A stretch of 58,687 nt of DNA, the filler included, from Nemertoderma westbladi (taxonomy: Eukaryota; Animalia; Xenacoelomorpha), in NCBI GenBank assembly GCA_032718475.1. It is 3 parts of 3 records of this genome, joined end to end, with 100 filler letters (N's around TTAATTAATTAA, not from the genome) between each part and the next. Parts side by side here need not be neighbours in the genome. Positions count along the whole stretch, not along the records: positions 19,034 to 35,457 come from JAUCBJ010001732.1; 2 more parts are not named here. One strand, written 5' to 3'. Below, in pieces: positions 23,265 to 35,557 of the stretch. A program made the translations under genes and the position numbers. The notes beneath the pieces are model-generated. The model saw only the letters and a program-made list of their open reading frames with translations, had not been told where the DNA came from and made no database searches. Each line of letters opens with the position of its first letter. Within the stretch, counting starts at the first letter, position 1.

Positions 23265-25250
23265 TAGGGCTCAACAGAAGCTTCGGCTTCGGTTCGGTTC
23301 GGGCCGAAGTTTGGCAATTTCGGTTCGGTTCGGCTTCTGCAATTGATACTGCAGAAGCCAGGAGCAAACTTTGCTAATTATTCCAAGTATTATATTGACT
23401 GATTGAGCTAAGACCAGAAGACAGTAAGACTAATCAATCTGTCCATCGTTGTACTAACTGACTAATTAATTTTGGGGTGCAAACGTTAAGCAGACACTGG
23501 CAGACTGGTGCAGAGCAGACAGTAGGTACAGACAGTGGTGCAGACAGTGGTGCAGACAGTGGTGCAGACAGTGATGCAGACAGTGGTGCAGACACCTGGT
23601 GCAACAGTGGTGCAGTCGTGCAGCCACTGGTGCAGACAGTTGTGCAGGCTTTGATACAGACAGTGGTGCAGACAGTGGTGCAGACACTGGTGCAGACACT
23701 GGTGCAGACAGTGTTGCAGACAGTGGTGCAGACACTTGGTGCAGACACTGGCTGACTGGTGCAGACACTGGTGCAGACAGTGGTGTAGACAGTGGTGCAG
23801 ACACTGGTGCAGACAGTGGTTCAGACACTGGTGCAGACAGTGGTGCAGACAGTGGTGCAGCTAGTGGTGCAGACAGTGGTGCAGCCAGTGGTGCAGACAG
23901 TGGTGCAGCCAGTGGTGCAGACAGTGGTGCAGATACTGGTGCAGACACTGGCAGACTGGTGCAGACAGTAAAGGCTGAAAGGGGCGAGCAGGTTAGTAAA
24001 GGAGCAGTTTAGTAAGGGAGCAGGTTTCAGAGGAGTATTGGGGGAACCAAAACAATAAACGTTATTGTTTTGGAGGCTAAGAATACCCAAGGGCCAAGAA
24101 TACTCGCAGGCTAAGAATACTCGCGGACTAACAATTCCTGAGACCTTACTGTAGTTAGTCTGCACTGTCTGCACCACTGTCTGACTGTCTGCACCAGTGT
24201 CTGCACCACTGTCTGCTCCAGTGTCTGCACCACTTTCTGCACCAGTCTGCACCACTGTCTGCATCACTGTCTGCACCACTGTCTGCACCAGTGTCTGCAC
24301 CACTTTCTGCACCAGTCTGCACCTGCACCACTGTCTGCACCAGTGTCTGCATCACTGTCTGTACCAGTGTCTGCCGCACCACTGTCTGCACCACTGTCTG
24401 CACCAGTGTCTGCACCAGTGTCTGCACCAGTGTCTGAACCACTGTCTGCACGCTGCACCACTGTCTGACTGTCTGCATCACTGTCTGCACCACTGTCTGC
24501 TGTCGGCACCACTGTCTGCACCAGTGCCTGCAACACTGTCTGCACGCTGCACCACTGTCTGCACCACAGTCTGCACCACTGTCCGCACCAGGTGTCTGCA
24601 CCACTGTCTGCACTGTACCACTGTCTGCTTAACGTTTACACCCTTAATTTTGGACTGAACTTCCATTTAAATGGCATTATTTTTTTAATTGTTTTCAGTT
24701 TACTTGGGTAGTTTCAAAATTAGCTTAATTATACAGTAGTTTAGGTTAGGCTAAATAGGCCTATTGCCATTTTACTTTGTAGTACCTATTTTTTAATTAA
24801 TCATAACTTTGATACATAATACCAAATACAGAAATATACCTACTACCTCATACTGTCATATAAATAGTACTACCTGTACTTTTAGTGAGGTTTTCTAAAT
24901 TTTATGTCACTACTGTACGGCTTACTACGGATGAAAATGTGGTGCATACAGTAGCAGTAAGTATACAGTAGTTTAGGTTAGTAATGCTGTACAGTAATGT
25001 AAATATTGTCATTTTATTTTCTAGTACTTATTTTTTTAATTAATCATAGCTTTCTTGCTAAGTCCGCAGACCAAATAGGTACCAGTCTGCCACTGCCAGT
25101 CAGCCAGTATAGTGACGTAAATACGAATTTATGACCATAACTTGCTAACTTTCTGAACTTCGGTTCGGATTCGGTTCGGTTCGGCCCGAAGTTGGCCCTG
25201 CTTCGGTTCGGTTCGGTTCGGCACCATAAAGTGCCTTCTGTTGAACCCTA
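23265..25250. mobile_element. Non-autonomous hAT (Ac-like) element
   Basis: 8-bp TSD GTAATGAG (23257-23264, 25251-25258); TIRs TAGGGCTCAACAGAAG / CTTCTGTTGAACCCTA; TTCGG subterminal repeats at both ends. Confidence 0.92.
23475..24643. mobile_element. Mutator/Foldback-like element with arms built of 12-bp tandem repeats (GACAGTGGTGCA)
   Basis: 9-bp TSD TTAATTTTG (23466-23474, 24644-24652); TIRs GGGTG(C/T)AAACGTTAAGCAGACA; forward array ~23490-23968 and inverted array ~24157-24628. Confidence 0.9.
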
Positions 25251-25674
25251 GTAATGAGGGTTAATTTTTCGAGTTACATCCATAAAAACAATCAAAACAC
25301 CCCTTCTGTGACGTCTTGGGGGCCTTCTGCACCTCCTGCCATTTTAGAGTTGAATTTACAACTTAAAAGTTGAATTTAAAAAAAAAGTTTTAAATTTCAA
25401 CTCAGTTGAAATTTGACTGTGTAAAATTGTCATCCGACTGTGTAAATTACTAAAATAACAAATTAATTTGTTAAAAAATCGGAATGGTATTACAACCAGC
25501 TAGTAAATATTAAATAAAGAACAATAGCATAGCTGAATAGGGTATTAAATACAGAAATAGAGTGGGAAGTCCTGTAGGCCTGGCCTATGTGCAGTAAATA
25601 AAATCACAACATTTTGAGGGTGTAAGGAATTACATAAGGCTGTAAGGTGTAAGTTACGGTGGCTGAATTCGGCC

Positions 25675-25948
25675 AAAATTAATTATATTATGAAAACACG
25701 TTTTTGGTGATGTTGTAAAATTAATTATATTATGAAAACACGTTTTTGGATGAACTTGCAAAATTAATTATATTATGAAAACACGTTTTTGGATGAACTT
25801 GCAAAATTAATTACGGTATATTATGAAAACACGTTTTTGGATGAACTTGCAAAATTAATTATATTATGAATAAACACGTTTTTGGTGATGTTGAAAAATT
25901 AATTATATTATGAAAACACGTTTTTGGATGAACTTGCAAAATTAATTA
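25675..25948. repeat. ~43-bp AT-rich tandem repeat, about 6 copies
   Basis: Unit AAAATTAATTATATTATGAAAACACGTTTTTGGATGAACTTGC. Confidence 0.9.
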
Positions 25949-26741
25949 GGCCACTTGTGTTAATTAACTGGCAACCTTAAAAGTTGCCACATATGGCAAT
26001 GTTTATTGCCAAATCTGGCAACTTTTGGTTTTTCTAATTTTCGCACGCCCAGAAGCAAAATCGCATTTTGGTAAATAGTTAAGTGAAAAGAGCGCGAAAT
26101 TTAAATATAATTGACCGTATAAGAAAAAAATCATCGTCTGAATTTCTCTTAGCAATAGGCCGAAATGTGCCTAAAATAATTATTGCCATTTTTGGCAACC
26201 ATTAGAATTAAAGAAAAATGATGGTTGCCATTTTTGGCAACAATTATTATTGTCAGATTGTGCAGCCCTGTCAGTAACTCTGTCATTGTAAATTACTCCA
26301 AAATTGCTTACTGCTTGCTTACCCTTGTCTGCTTGTCGAGTTGTGATGATTTATAAACATTATTACAGTATTAGTTGATGAAATGTCAGAATGTAGGCCT
26401 ATTTGATATGTTGTTAATATGTTAATGGACAGATGGATGAGTTTGTAACAGATACCGTACTGGTAGACTGGTATAGGCCCTATGGTATAGGCATAAACAA
26501 ATCTAAAGAATCACATGCTTCAAAGGCTGAAATGGAAATAAACGTAATAATATTTGACAACGTCAGAACGTTAACATCACCAAAAGGCAGCAAGAAGGCA
26601 AGGGGGCATTAAAGTTTGAGAAACGGTGTGACGGAAGAAAAATAGTGTCAAAATTTAGAAAATCTGAGAAAACCAAAACGCGTGTTAACAGGCAACAGGT
26701 TAAGGGATTCAACAAATTGTTTCTAGTAGGTCCTAATCAGC

Positions 26742-29640
26742 CCCTATTGAAAAGTTTTATTTTCTGCGCCGAACGCGGCGCCGGGTGCCAAAAATCCTGC
26801 GCCGGCTCTGAGCAAAACCACGCCGGGTGCAAAAAACCTGCGCCGGCTCTGTGCAAAACCACACCGGGTGCAAAAAATCCTGCGCCGGCTCTGTGCAAAC
26901 CCACGCCCATGCCAGGTGCAAAAATCCTGCGCCGGCTCTGTGCAATGCAAAATGCTGCGCCGGGTGAAAAATCTTCCACCAGCTCTTCAAAGCCCCACCG
27001 GGCTGACTGGTATAAAACATAAAATCTGTCTGTTATACTGTACAGTACCTGTAGTTTATTTGGTTATCTATAATACTGCAGCTGCACTAATCCGAGTTGT
27101 TACTTAAACAAACGAAAGTTGTGGGTGGGTGAAATGAAAATAACGATACAGAGACGGAAAACCTTAATAAAGAGAAATGCAACAAGTACAGTAGGTACGT
27201 TGTTTTATTCCAAAAGTGTAACATTACGAAACAACTACTTAAGAAACACTGCATGTAAATTTTTGTTGTCAAGTAAAGTGTACATTTTTTGAAATTACTC
27301 AAATGTTACAATATGAATTATAGAAAGAATATTAAAGACTACTTCAGTTGGCCTACAATTAATAGTCCTTGTATTTATGTACTACGTTCTACTTTATTAC
27401 ATACTACGTGGTCCTATACGTCTATGCTACAGATAGATACGGTATGTCTGAATGAATAATGACTAGCTGTATGTTATGTTTATTAATATCGCCAGAATAA
27501 CAATAAAATATTAATTTTTGCACATGTACGTACACGTACAGTAGATTAAAATAAAATGAACACATCTGCAAAGTACGCTAATAAGCGCATGTACTATTGT
27601 AATAAAAATACGGATAATGGTATTCAGGTAAAATTAGAAAAAATAATTAAAATTATAGTTTATTTACAGTACTTACAGTTGGTGCATGTTAATTATTAAA
27701 AAAAATGAAATTACAGTAAAATTAGATTAAAAACCGGCTAAGCATACTTAGGCTCAAGGGCTTCAACAACATACAGTACTAAAGGCAAACATATTAATAA
27801 GGACAAGTTTACAATACTCTATAGGATACAACACAACAATACGTAGTTATACGGAACATAAATTTGGTACCGTAGGTAGTACCGTATGTCGCATAAGTAA
27901 AATATTACTGCTGAATAAAACGCGCAAAGTAAAGTAACTACAACAGATAGGATAACAATTAAACATAAAAAAACTTTTTTTTTTTAAAAAAAAAATTTTA
28001 AAATTTAACACAAAAAAAAATGTTTTTTGGGTACTGTAGCTAGATTTTAATAAAGATATCGTTGTATCCGAAAGATATCGCTTTCGCTACTGCCACTTGG
28101 AGCACAGGAGTATCACTATATATTCATTTTAAGGGACATTTCGCAGTCTAGTCTATATTTGAATATGCTCAATCATGGAGTACCAAGGGTATTACGTGCA
28201 TTAACAACACTTCCCGGTAATAGTAAAGGATTCCAAATGTTTAACAACGCTGTCTGCAAAGTTGTTGCGTGTTAGCATTGGTGGAGTTAGGAACGAAACT
28301 GGAAGAAATTACTTCGCTCAATTTTGTCAATCCCGTTGATACACTTGTAAGTTGTTATAAGGTCGGCTAGTACACGGCGATATATTAATGTCGGTAGTTT
28401 GAGTGCAAGTAGTCGGTTTTCATATGACAACTCAGCCAGCGATAGTACAACTGTACAAGGCGAGTGACCACACGGTGTTGTACTTGTTCAAGACGTTCAA
28501 TATTTATCACGTCGGAGGAATGGCGAACAAACAACTGTGTCGTATTCAAGGCAGCAAGGAGAGGCCGAACAAGGGATTTGTATAACAGGGTCAGAGGGTA
28601 AACATCGGAGCTTCCAAATATGTAAAAGTTCTTCGTATTAAATGTACGACTCGCATGGCGCGGGCTGGAGTCTTTGTGCAGTGAGCTGTGAAGGACAAGT
28701 CTGGTGTAAATGTAATTCCAAAATCACGTTCCTCGGTTGTCGATAAAAGTGTCCGTCCATTCATTGTGTAAAAAGTTGCTTGGGGATTTCTAGAACATAG
28801 ATGCATGCACGACCTTGCACTTGGAGTCATTGAACTGTAATTTCCAATGGTTACACATGTGTGTCGGTAGTAAATTGTTTCATTATCAATAGTGCCATAG
28901 TATAAGTCGTTTTGTTTTATTCACTGTTCAACTTCATTCTGTCTGCCTGTTTTATTACACTGTTATATGTGCAGTTTTATTTATACGCTTCTATGACAGC
29001 GGTGTCTCCATCCAAATAATATAATATAAATATAGCTTATACCAGTATACAATACAGCAATATTATGTAAATAAATAAACTGACTATGACCAATACTGCA
29101 ATAGCAATAATGACTGATCAGCTGATAGCTGGAACTGTGATAGCCTACCTTGTACCTGCCTACTGCATAACAGCATAAGGTTAAATACGTAAATAAATGA
29201 CCAGTTGCAGTCAGCCAGTGCTGCAGTGTGAGTTTCCTTTCTGCCTCCTGCATGGCCAGTTGTTATTGTGTTGCTGTGCTGTTGGTCTGATGAACGCATG
29301 TCTGCTGTCAGGCTGTCTCAGTCTCACTGTCTGCCTGGTGCTAGGTTCGGCTGATTTCTGCGCCAGGCAAATATGTACGCCGGGTGTGCTGGGCTGATTC
29401 CTGCTCCGGCGCCGGGTCCATTTCTGCAGTGTCGACGCCGGGAATATTTCGACGCCTGCTGCGCCGAGCGCAGCATCTCTACCATTGCCAGTGCTCCGCC
29501 GGCTACGCCGGCGTAGCACATCTCTGCGCCGACCCTTCCGGCTCATTGCCCGGCGTAGCACATTTCTGCGCCTGCTCCCGGCGCAAGTTCTAGTGCTGCG
29601 CCGAACGTGCTCGGCGTACATGTAAAACTTTTCAATAGGG
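26742..29640. mobile_element. ~2.9-kb non-autonomous TIR DNA transposon, superfamily uncertain
   Basis: 18-bp perfect TIRs CCCTATTGAAAAGTTTTA / TAAAACTTTTCAATAGGG. GC-rich GCGCCGG subterminal repeat clusters at ~26765-26965 and ~29350-29620. No clear TSD. Confidence 0.75.
28150..28860 (-). mobile_element. Degenerate CR1-type LINE, 3' part of ORF2
   Basis: EERDFGITFTPDLSFTAHC..RAMRVVHLIRRTFTY, followed by frameshifted LYKSLVRP- and LPTL.YRR..ADLITTYK-like segments, which are typical of the CR1 ORF2 C-terminus. Confidence 0.75.
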
Positions 29641-31009
29641 CCCCCCCCCCCCCACCCCCCGGTTCCAAATTATTCCAAACAATGCATTGATAACGTTTTC
29701 TCTTTCAAACTTCTTGCCTTCCCTACCACAGACTGGAGAACTGAAGATTGTCTCTAGTGCATGTGTTATATATCAGTCAGTCAGTATAGTACAGTATAGT
29801 GTAGTATAATTATACAAATACAATAACTGCCAAGCTCATTGTGTATACCTGCAGACGGGTACAGTACTGTATAAGTAGGGGCAATAGTCTCTGCATTATT
29901 CTAGTATCTAGTACCTACTGCAGTGCAGTACCGGTTACCAGCCTGACCTGTTGTCAGAAAGACTAACAATTACTGAATTACTGATACGAGTTTGGTCAGT
30001 TGGTGCTGGAACTTGTTATTTATATCCTAAATTGCTATTTTGTGGCCGATGTGGCTCCGATGTGGCCCCGATGTGGTACGATGTGGTACCGATTGGGTCC
30101 GATGTGGCTTTTAGACGGACCCGAAGAAAATGTTCCGAAAAATGGCCAAAACTTCCTATATAGGAAGCAAGATTTCCTATATAGGAATACAAAAAAAACT
30201 TCCTATTTAAGAAACCTACCCTAACTGTTATTACTGATAAATTAATTTAATGCCCTCATACATAACACTGTAACAGCAGAAAATAATTGATTAGGGCTAT
30301 AGATAAATTAATTTATTGCTGATAAATTAATTTTTTGCTGATAATTTAATTTATTGCTGATAAATTAGGCTACCGGTAGTCGGTCTGTCGGTAGTTTATT
30401 TCGGTTGCGGAGCCGATAAATTGGTTTATTGTAGATAAATTACTTTACTGCTTTATCAACTTCTTTATCAATCTGTCAATGTATCTGTTTATTGGTGGTA
30501 AATTAATTTATCGGCGACAAACTACTGCAGTACCGGTACTGGTACGGAAATTCTTCTAAGTAACGTGGTGAACGTCAGAACGGTACATGTACCGGATTAT
30601 GGTCTGATTTGATAACTACCGCACTACCGGTACCGGAACCGGAACCGGTAGTGTAGGGCAGAAGGGGTATGAGGGCACAGGGTAGGCTGATAGATAGATC
30701 CAACCAAAGGTCCAGTGACAGAATGACAGATACTACTGTACTACAGTACTAGTCACTAGTCAGCTAGTATTGGTACACTGATTATAATGTAGTGAGTGAT
30801 AGAGATACTGCTGGACTGGACGGATCATTTATTACGTGTTATCTATAACATTATTATTTATTATATTGGATCCTATTATAAACTATACACAGATTCCACA
30901 AACACTTTTTATCGATGGTCTATTTACGTGGACAGACATTATAACTAGGCCTATAGACAGTAGGCATATAGGCCCAATCTGCCTATATCAGTTCAGTATA
31001 TATGACCGT

Positions 31010-32188
31010 ATGATGTCGTCAGGAGATTGTGAGGTTTCTTCTGAGGTTGATTCATTGAAGCATGTCAATAGTATTTCAGAACCATCAAAATCTAAAAAAA
31101 GTCCGTGGCACAAACAATGTCAAACGGACGGTGATTGGCGCAAGCAATGCCAAACTGACGGCGACTTTGGCGAACCAACATCACCAATATCCTCACCAAT
31201 TATTGACATGGAAACCAACTCCATAGAGAAAAATCCAACCAAAAAGACGGTTTGGAACAAATTAGACAATAAAAAGGAATTGACGGATGTATGTTCGGGA
31301 GATTCATCTAAGGAAAACCCGAAACCGGCAAAGATTGCTATTCTACAGCTGGATGATTGGCCGTCTCTTAACGAGACGTTGACTTCGGAGCAGATGAGAC
31401 GTGAGAACAAGATAAAGGAACCGTCGAGCAACGACGAGGAAGAAGTCGAGGACGGAAAAGAAAACCTGGAGGTTGAGTCCAACGTCGACCTCGACTGCTT
31501 GGAGCCCAAACTCGAGAAACGCAAATCGGCTAAACCTAAATGGACTCCTTTGCCGATCGAGTTGCCCAAAGGCGAGCGAGTCGCGTGTTACAGACGGAGT
31601 CCCCCGCCCTATTCGCGTGGCGGCGGCCGCGGCGCCAGTTGGGCGTTCCGTGGGGCCGCCAGCTACCGACCGCCGCCCCGGCGGGAGCGCGAACTCGCCC
31701 GCGACCAGGCGGCCGCCCGTCGGGGCGGGAGGGCCTCGTTCCGGGGCGTCGGGGCCCGCGGCGGTCGGCACCCGGTGTACCGACACCGGGGTGCCTCCGC
31801 CGAGCGCTACACCGGAGCTTCCTTCCAGTACGCCGCCGACGGTTCCGCCGTTTATTCGCCGAACCCGCAGGTTTACGAGCAACTTACCTACATCGTTCCG
31901 TTTACGAGCTCAGTCCCGGCTGGCGGAAGTGCCGGACTCAAAGAAGGAATAAAAAAACAGATCGAGTACTACTTTAGTGTGGAGAATCTCCAACGGGATT
32001 TCTTTCTGCGTCGGAAGATGGACCGGGAAGGTTTCATCTCGATCCTCCTTCTCGCCAGCTTCCACAGAATCCAGGCGTTGACTCAGGATCTCAACCTTAT
32101 TGTTGATTCAGTGAGAGACAGTGTTCTGGTTGAGGTAATCGATGGGAAGATTCGACGGAGGGAGAATCCCATGGCGTGGCCCATACAG
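31010..32188 (+). CDS. LARP1: La-related protein 1, coding exon 1 (RG-rich region and La motif)
   Basis: DWPSL, KPKWTPL, RGG repeats and La motif [35 protein letters not shown]. Phase-0 donor CAG|GTGGGT at 32188/32189. ATG 31010 is the first in-frame ATG; an upstream exon is not excluded. Confidence 0.9.
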
Positions 32189-33049
32189 GTGGGTGGTTTT
32201 GGTTTACCGATATATTGTAAGATAATGTTTTCAGGTACCCCCAGTGCCTCACCTTGTGGAATTATTAATTTTTAATCAGGTCAACAATATCGGCGTATAT
32301 TTCGTTAGGCCTATTTCATTTAATGAGTTGAATTCTTATGTCAGTTATCGGTATAGTATCGTAATTGTTCAAATACTGTACAAATGATAGCCTACACATG
32401 CCGTTCTCCACACTATCTTTCTTTATCTTACAGTAATTGATTTTGGGTTTATTGTCGGATTAAATTCAATCATATCTTTACCTAGTCAAGAGGAAGTACC
32501 CGTAGCTTACAGTGCTGAATTTGTTAATATCACAAAGTATAATTGATGGCAATAGGCCGAGGCCTATATCTGGACTCATCTCAAAAATATTATTGATCAT
32601 CAAAATGTAAAATCGCTCAATCTGTCAATGGAACAATAGACAGGCTGACAAATTTACTAGATGATTTTTGGAACCGCGGCTCATAGGTCCAACACTCGTG
32701 AATGTATAACTGTTTTAAATAAAGTAATTACCGGTACATTTAAATAACATAAATTACATGCAAAATGATTCCGTTAATTTACATTAAATATTTAGAAATT
32801 ATTTAGATTTTTAGCTTTTTATCAAACTTATCTTGAAATTTGTTTTATTTTTTTACTGTTTTTTACTATTTTTTTACGGTAACGGCGTAATTTTGGACAA
32901 GATGATTATCACTAATGCGGCGTAGGATGTAACACCTCAAAAGTTAAAAATAAATGAATTTTTTGACAGTGGGACCCAACCCTAGCTGCCTAGTATATAT
33001 CGGTAAAAGTATTTGTGTAATATCTATTGTTTCATCTGTAATATTTCAG

Positions 33050-34822
33050 GATTACTTGGCTTACCACTTACAAGAGTCAAATATGGCGCCAACATTCGAT
33101 GCCAGCGTGTCAACCGAACCCTATTACATCCCCCACATATATAGTCCCGCTAACGCGCCCCATAACGACGCGCCGGGGGTTATCCTCAACGGGGTGCGGC
33201 CCCTGTACGACCCCAAGTCCTCCGAGTTGGCGGACTTCATCGACGTACCGGAATTCGTTCCGGGCCTGCCGTGGCCGACGAACCGATCCGCGCCGCCGTC
33301 ACCGGGCCGCGCCGGCCCGCGTCCGAGCCCGACCAACTCGGCGCCTGGGGGCGACCGAGGTCCGGAGCTCGAGCCCCGCCCGCCGCCGCCCGGGTTCGAG
33401 CGAACCCTCTCCTCCTCGGCCCCCGATCCCGCCGGCGGCCAGTGGACCGAGGTGAAACGCCGCGCGCGGCTTCCGTCCGTCGGCGCGGCCCGGCGCGATT
33501 CCGACTCCGACACCGACTCGCTCGAGGATCTCGACTTCCAATTCGACGAGGAACTCGAATCCAACCTCCCCGGGACCAGCCGTCGCCCTTACTTCATAGC
33601 GAACGCGGATTGGTCGGACGACGAGTCCCTCCTCGAGATCGAAGACCGCGACGTCAATAAAATCCTTATCGTTACCCAAACTCCACCCGCAGTAAAGAAA
33701 TCCGCTACGAACATCGACCTTCCGGCAGTCCGACAGCATCCGGCATCCCGGAATAAGTTAACCTCGGAATGGGCCAAAGTGATAAACGACGGGTTATTTT
33801 ACTACGAGTCGGATTTATGGGCGGAAGACGAGATTAGTTACAACGCGATCCGCGAGGAACTCCAGGCCTACAAGAAGGTCGAGGTGATTTCTAAAGAGCA
33901 TTTCGATGAGTTGAAACCCGGTCCACCCCCTGTGGATCAGGGGGATCCCCCTCCACCCCCCTTAACAGAAACAAAACCGATGAAGGTTCCCCCGTCGTTG
34001 ATCCCTAACTCGCCGCACCCGCGCGCCGCTCGCTCGTTGCCCAGCGACGGGGACGGCAACCCGCCGCCGCGCACGCCACGCGGTTGCGGCACGCCGCACA
34101 GCGGCAAGCCCCCGCATCGCTTCTACCCCGTCGTAAAGGAGACGCCGGCCCTCGACCGGGACGCGCCCCGGAAACGAAAGACTCGGCACAGCGCGAACCC
34201 CCCGGTCGAGCGGCACGTCGGCTGGGTGATGGACGCGCGCGAGCACCGGCCGCGCAGCGCCGCGAGCGACGTCGAGGAGCCGGCTCCCGGGAGCAGCGCC
34301 CAGTCGCTCCCGCCCTTCCAGCACCCCTCCCACGAACTCATGCGGGTCAACGGATTCGTGCAACACGTCTACCACAAATACCGCGCGAAGTGCCTCCGGG
34401 AGCGACGCAAGTTGGGCGTCGGTCAGAGTCAGGAGATGAACACGTTGTTCCGGTTCTGGAGTTTCTTCCTCCGGGAGCAGTTCAACCGGAACATGTACGA
34501 GGAATTCCGACGCCTCGCTCTCGAGGATTCCGACCGCGGTTTCCGCTACGGACTCGAGTGTTTGTTCCGTTTCTATAGTTACGGGTTGGAGAAAAAGTTC
34601 CGTCCCGAAATCTTCGATAACTTCCAGACGGACACGGCCGTAGACTACGAGAAGGGTCAGCTCTACGGGTTGGAGAAGTTCTGGGCGTATCTGAAATACT
34701 CGCGCAACCAGGTTGACATCCCGCCTGTGTTGCAGGACGCCTTGCGGCGGTTTAAGCGACTGGAGGACTTCCGGGTGGACCCCCCACTAGCGGCTATATC
34801 AGAGCACCCCCCCGAGCAGTGA
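33050..34822 (+). CDS. LARP1: La-related protein 1, coding exon 2 (PAM2-like motif and DM15 cap/TOP-binding domain)
   Basis: Acceptor TTTCAG|GAT at 33049/33050 is in phase with exon 1 (861-bp intron, 983-aa product). Contains [30 protein letters not shown] and DM15 [50 protein letters not shown]. Confidence 0.95.
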   Translation, partial: DYLAYHLQESNMAPTFDASVSTEPYYIPHIYSPANAPHNDAPGVILNGVRPLYDPKSSELADFIDVPEFVPGLPWPTNRSAPPSPGRAGPRPSPTNSAPGGDRGPELEPRPPPPGFERTLSSSAPDPAGGQWTEVKRRARLPSVGAARRDSDSDTDSLEDLDFQFDEELESNLPGTSRRPYFIANADWSDDESLLEIEDRDVNKILIVTQTPPAVKKSATNIDLPAVRQHPASRNKLTSEWAKVINDGLFYYESDLWAEDEISYNAIREELQAYKKVEVISKEHFDELKPGPPPVDQGDPPPPPLTETKPMKVPPSLIPNSPHPRAARSLPSDGDGNPPPRTPRGCGTPHSGKPPHRFYPVVKETPALDRDAPRKRKTRHSANPPVERHVGWVMDAREHRPRSAASDVEEPAPGSSAQSLPPFQHPSHELMRVNGFVQHVYHKYRAKCLRERRKLGVGQSQEMNTLFRFWSFFLREQFNRNMYEEFRRLALEDSDRGFRYGLECLFRFYSYGLEKKFRPEIFDNFQTDTAVDYEKGQLYGLEKFWAYLKYSRNQVDIPPVLQDALRRFKRLEDFRVDPPLAAISEHPPEQ

Positions 34823-35457
34823 CCACGCGGCTATGTGAGTGAGTAGCTATTTTAGTTAAAGTCTCCCTTTATATTTTTCTCTGAGCTCCTCCTTTTCATT
34901 TCGGATCTACTATTGTTTTAATTCAACTTGTGTTGACTTGGTAAATTGGTTTACCTTTTGTTGAAAATGATTTTGGGGGCATTTGTTTTGTTGGATGTTC
35001 CATCGTATTTAATAATTAACATTAATATCTTATAAAATACATTTTAATGTAACAAAATAATAATATTATAAAACAAAATATTTACCTACAATACAAGTCG
35101 CTTTAAGATAGAGTACGTCCAGTAGAACGTTTTTATTTTTATTTTTTCTAATATAAATTTCGTTAAAAAGGCCAAGCAAAAACGTTTTTATAGTTGTTTT
35201 GGCTTATGGCGTTTATTAATTATTGTCGTACCGGTAAATATATTTAAATGTAGGAAAGACAATTAAAATTACAAATTTTCTTGTTTTTTGTGAGGCTAAT
35301 AATTTTTATTTGTATTATTCGTTTTGCGCCGCGTCTGCTTTGCATTTATTTCTTATATTTGAACAATTTAATGGGTTGTTATCTCGAAGATTGGTTGATT
35401 CACTTTATATCCCAATATACTCAGTAGTTTATTAGTGTATGTATGTGTAGCTAGGTG

Positions 35458-35557
35458 NNNNNNNNNNNNNNNNNNNNNNNNNNNNNNNNNNNNNNNNNNN
35501 NTTAATTAATTAANNNNNNNNNNNNNNNNNNNNNNNNNNNNNNNNNNNNNNNNNNNN
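35458..35557. other. Artificial contig linker (44 N + TTAATTAATTAA + 44 N)
   Basis: Identical to 18934-19033. Confidence 0.97.

Larger units (their letters stand above)
22938..25408. mobile_element. Probable outer MITE hosting two nested insertions
   Basis: Inverted CAACTGAGTTGAAATTT (22938) / AAATTTCAACTCAGTTG (25392-25408) with repeated AATTCAAC subterminal motifs. No TSD identified, so the ends are uncertain. Confidence 0.5.

Noticed and set aside
23434-24666. ADSG/QTVV/SAPL repeat ORFs resembling antifreeze or mucin proteins
   Set aside because: Translations of the 12-bp arrays in the arms of a TSD-flanked Foldback-like element.
30040-30510. CGATGTGG 10-11-bp repeats and TGATAAATTAATT repeats upstream of LARP1
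   Set aside because: Probably fragments of small repeat elements; no boundaries or function can be supported.
30836-33049. ORF-track starts at 30836 and 32954, and the tail of the first ORF to 32275, read as two separate proteins
   Set aside because: 30836 is a GTG, and the extensions run into UTR or intron. An in-phase GT-AG intron at 32189-33049 joins both ORFs into one LARP1.
31120-34578. Many overlapping ORFs within LARP1
   Set aside because: Expected by-products of very GC-rich coding sequence; no independent motifs.
34834-34843. GTGAGT donor-like site just after the LARP1 stop
   Set aside because: Could be a 3' UTR intron, but there is no identifiable acceptor or other support in the sequence.
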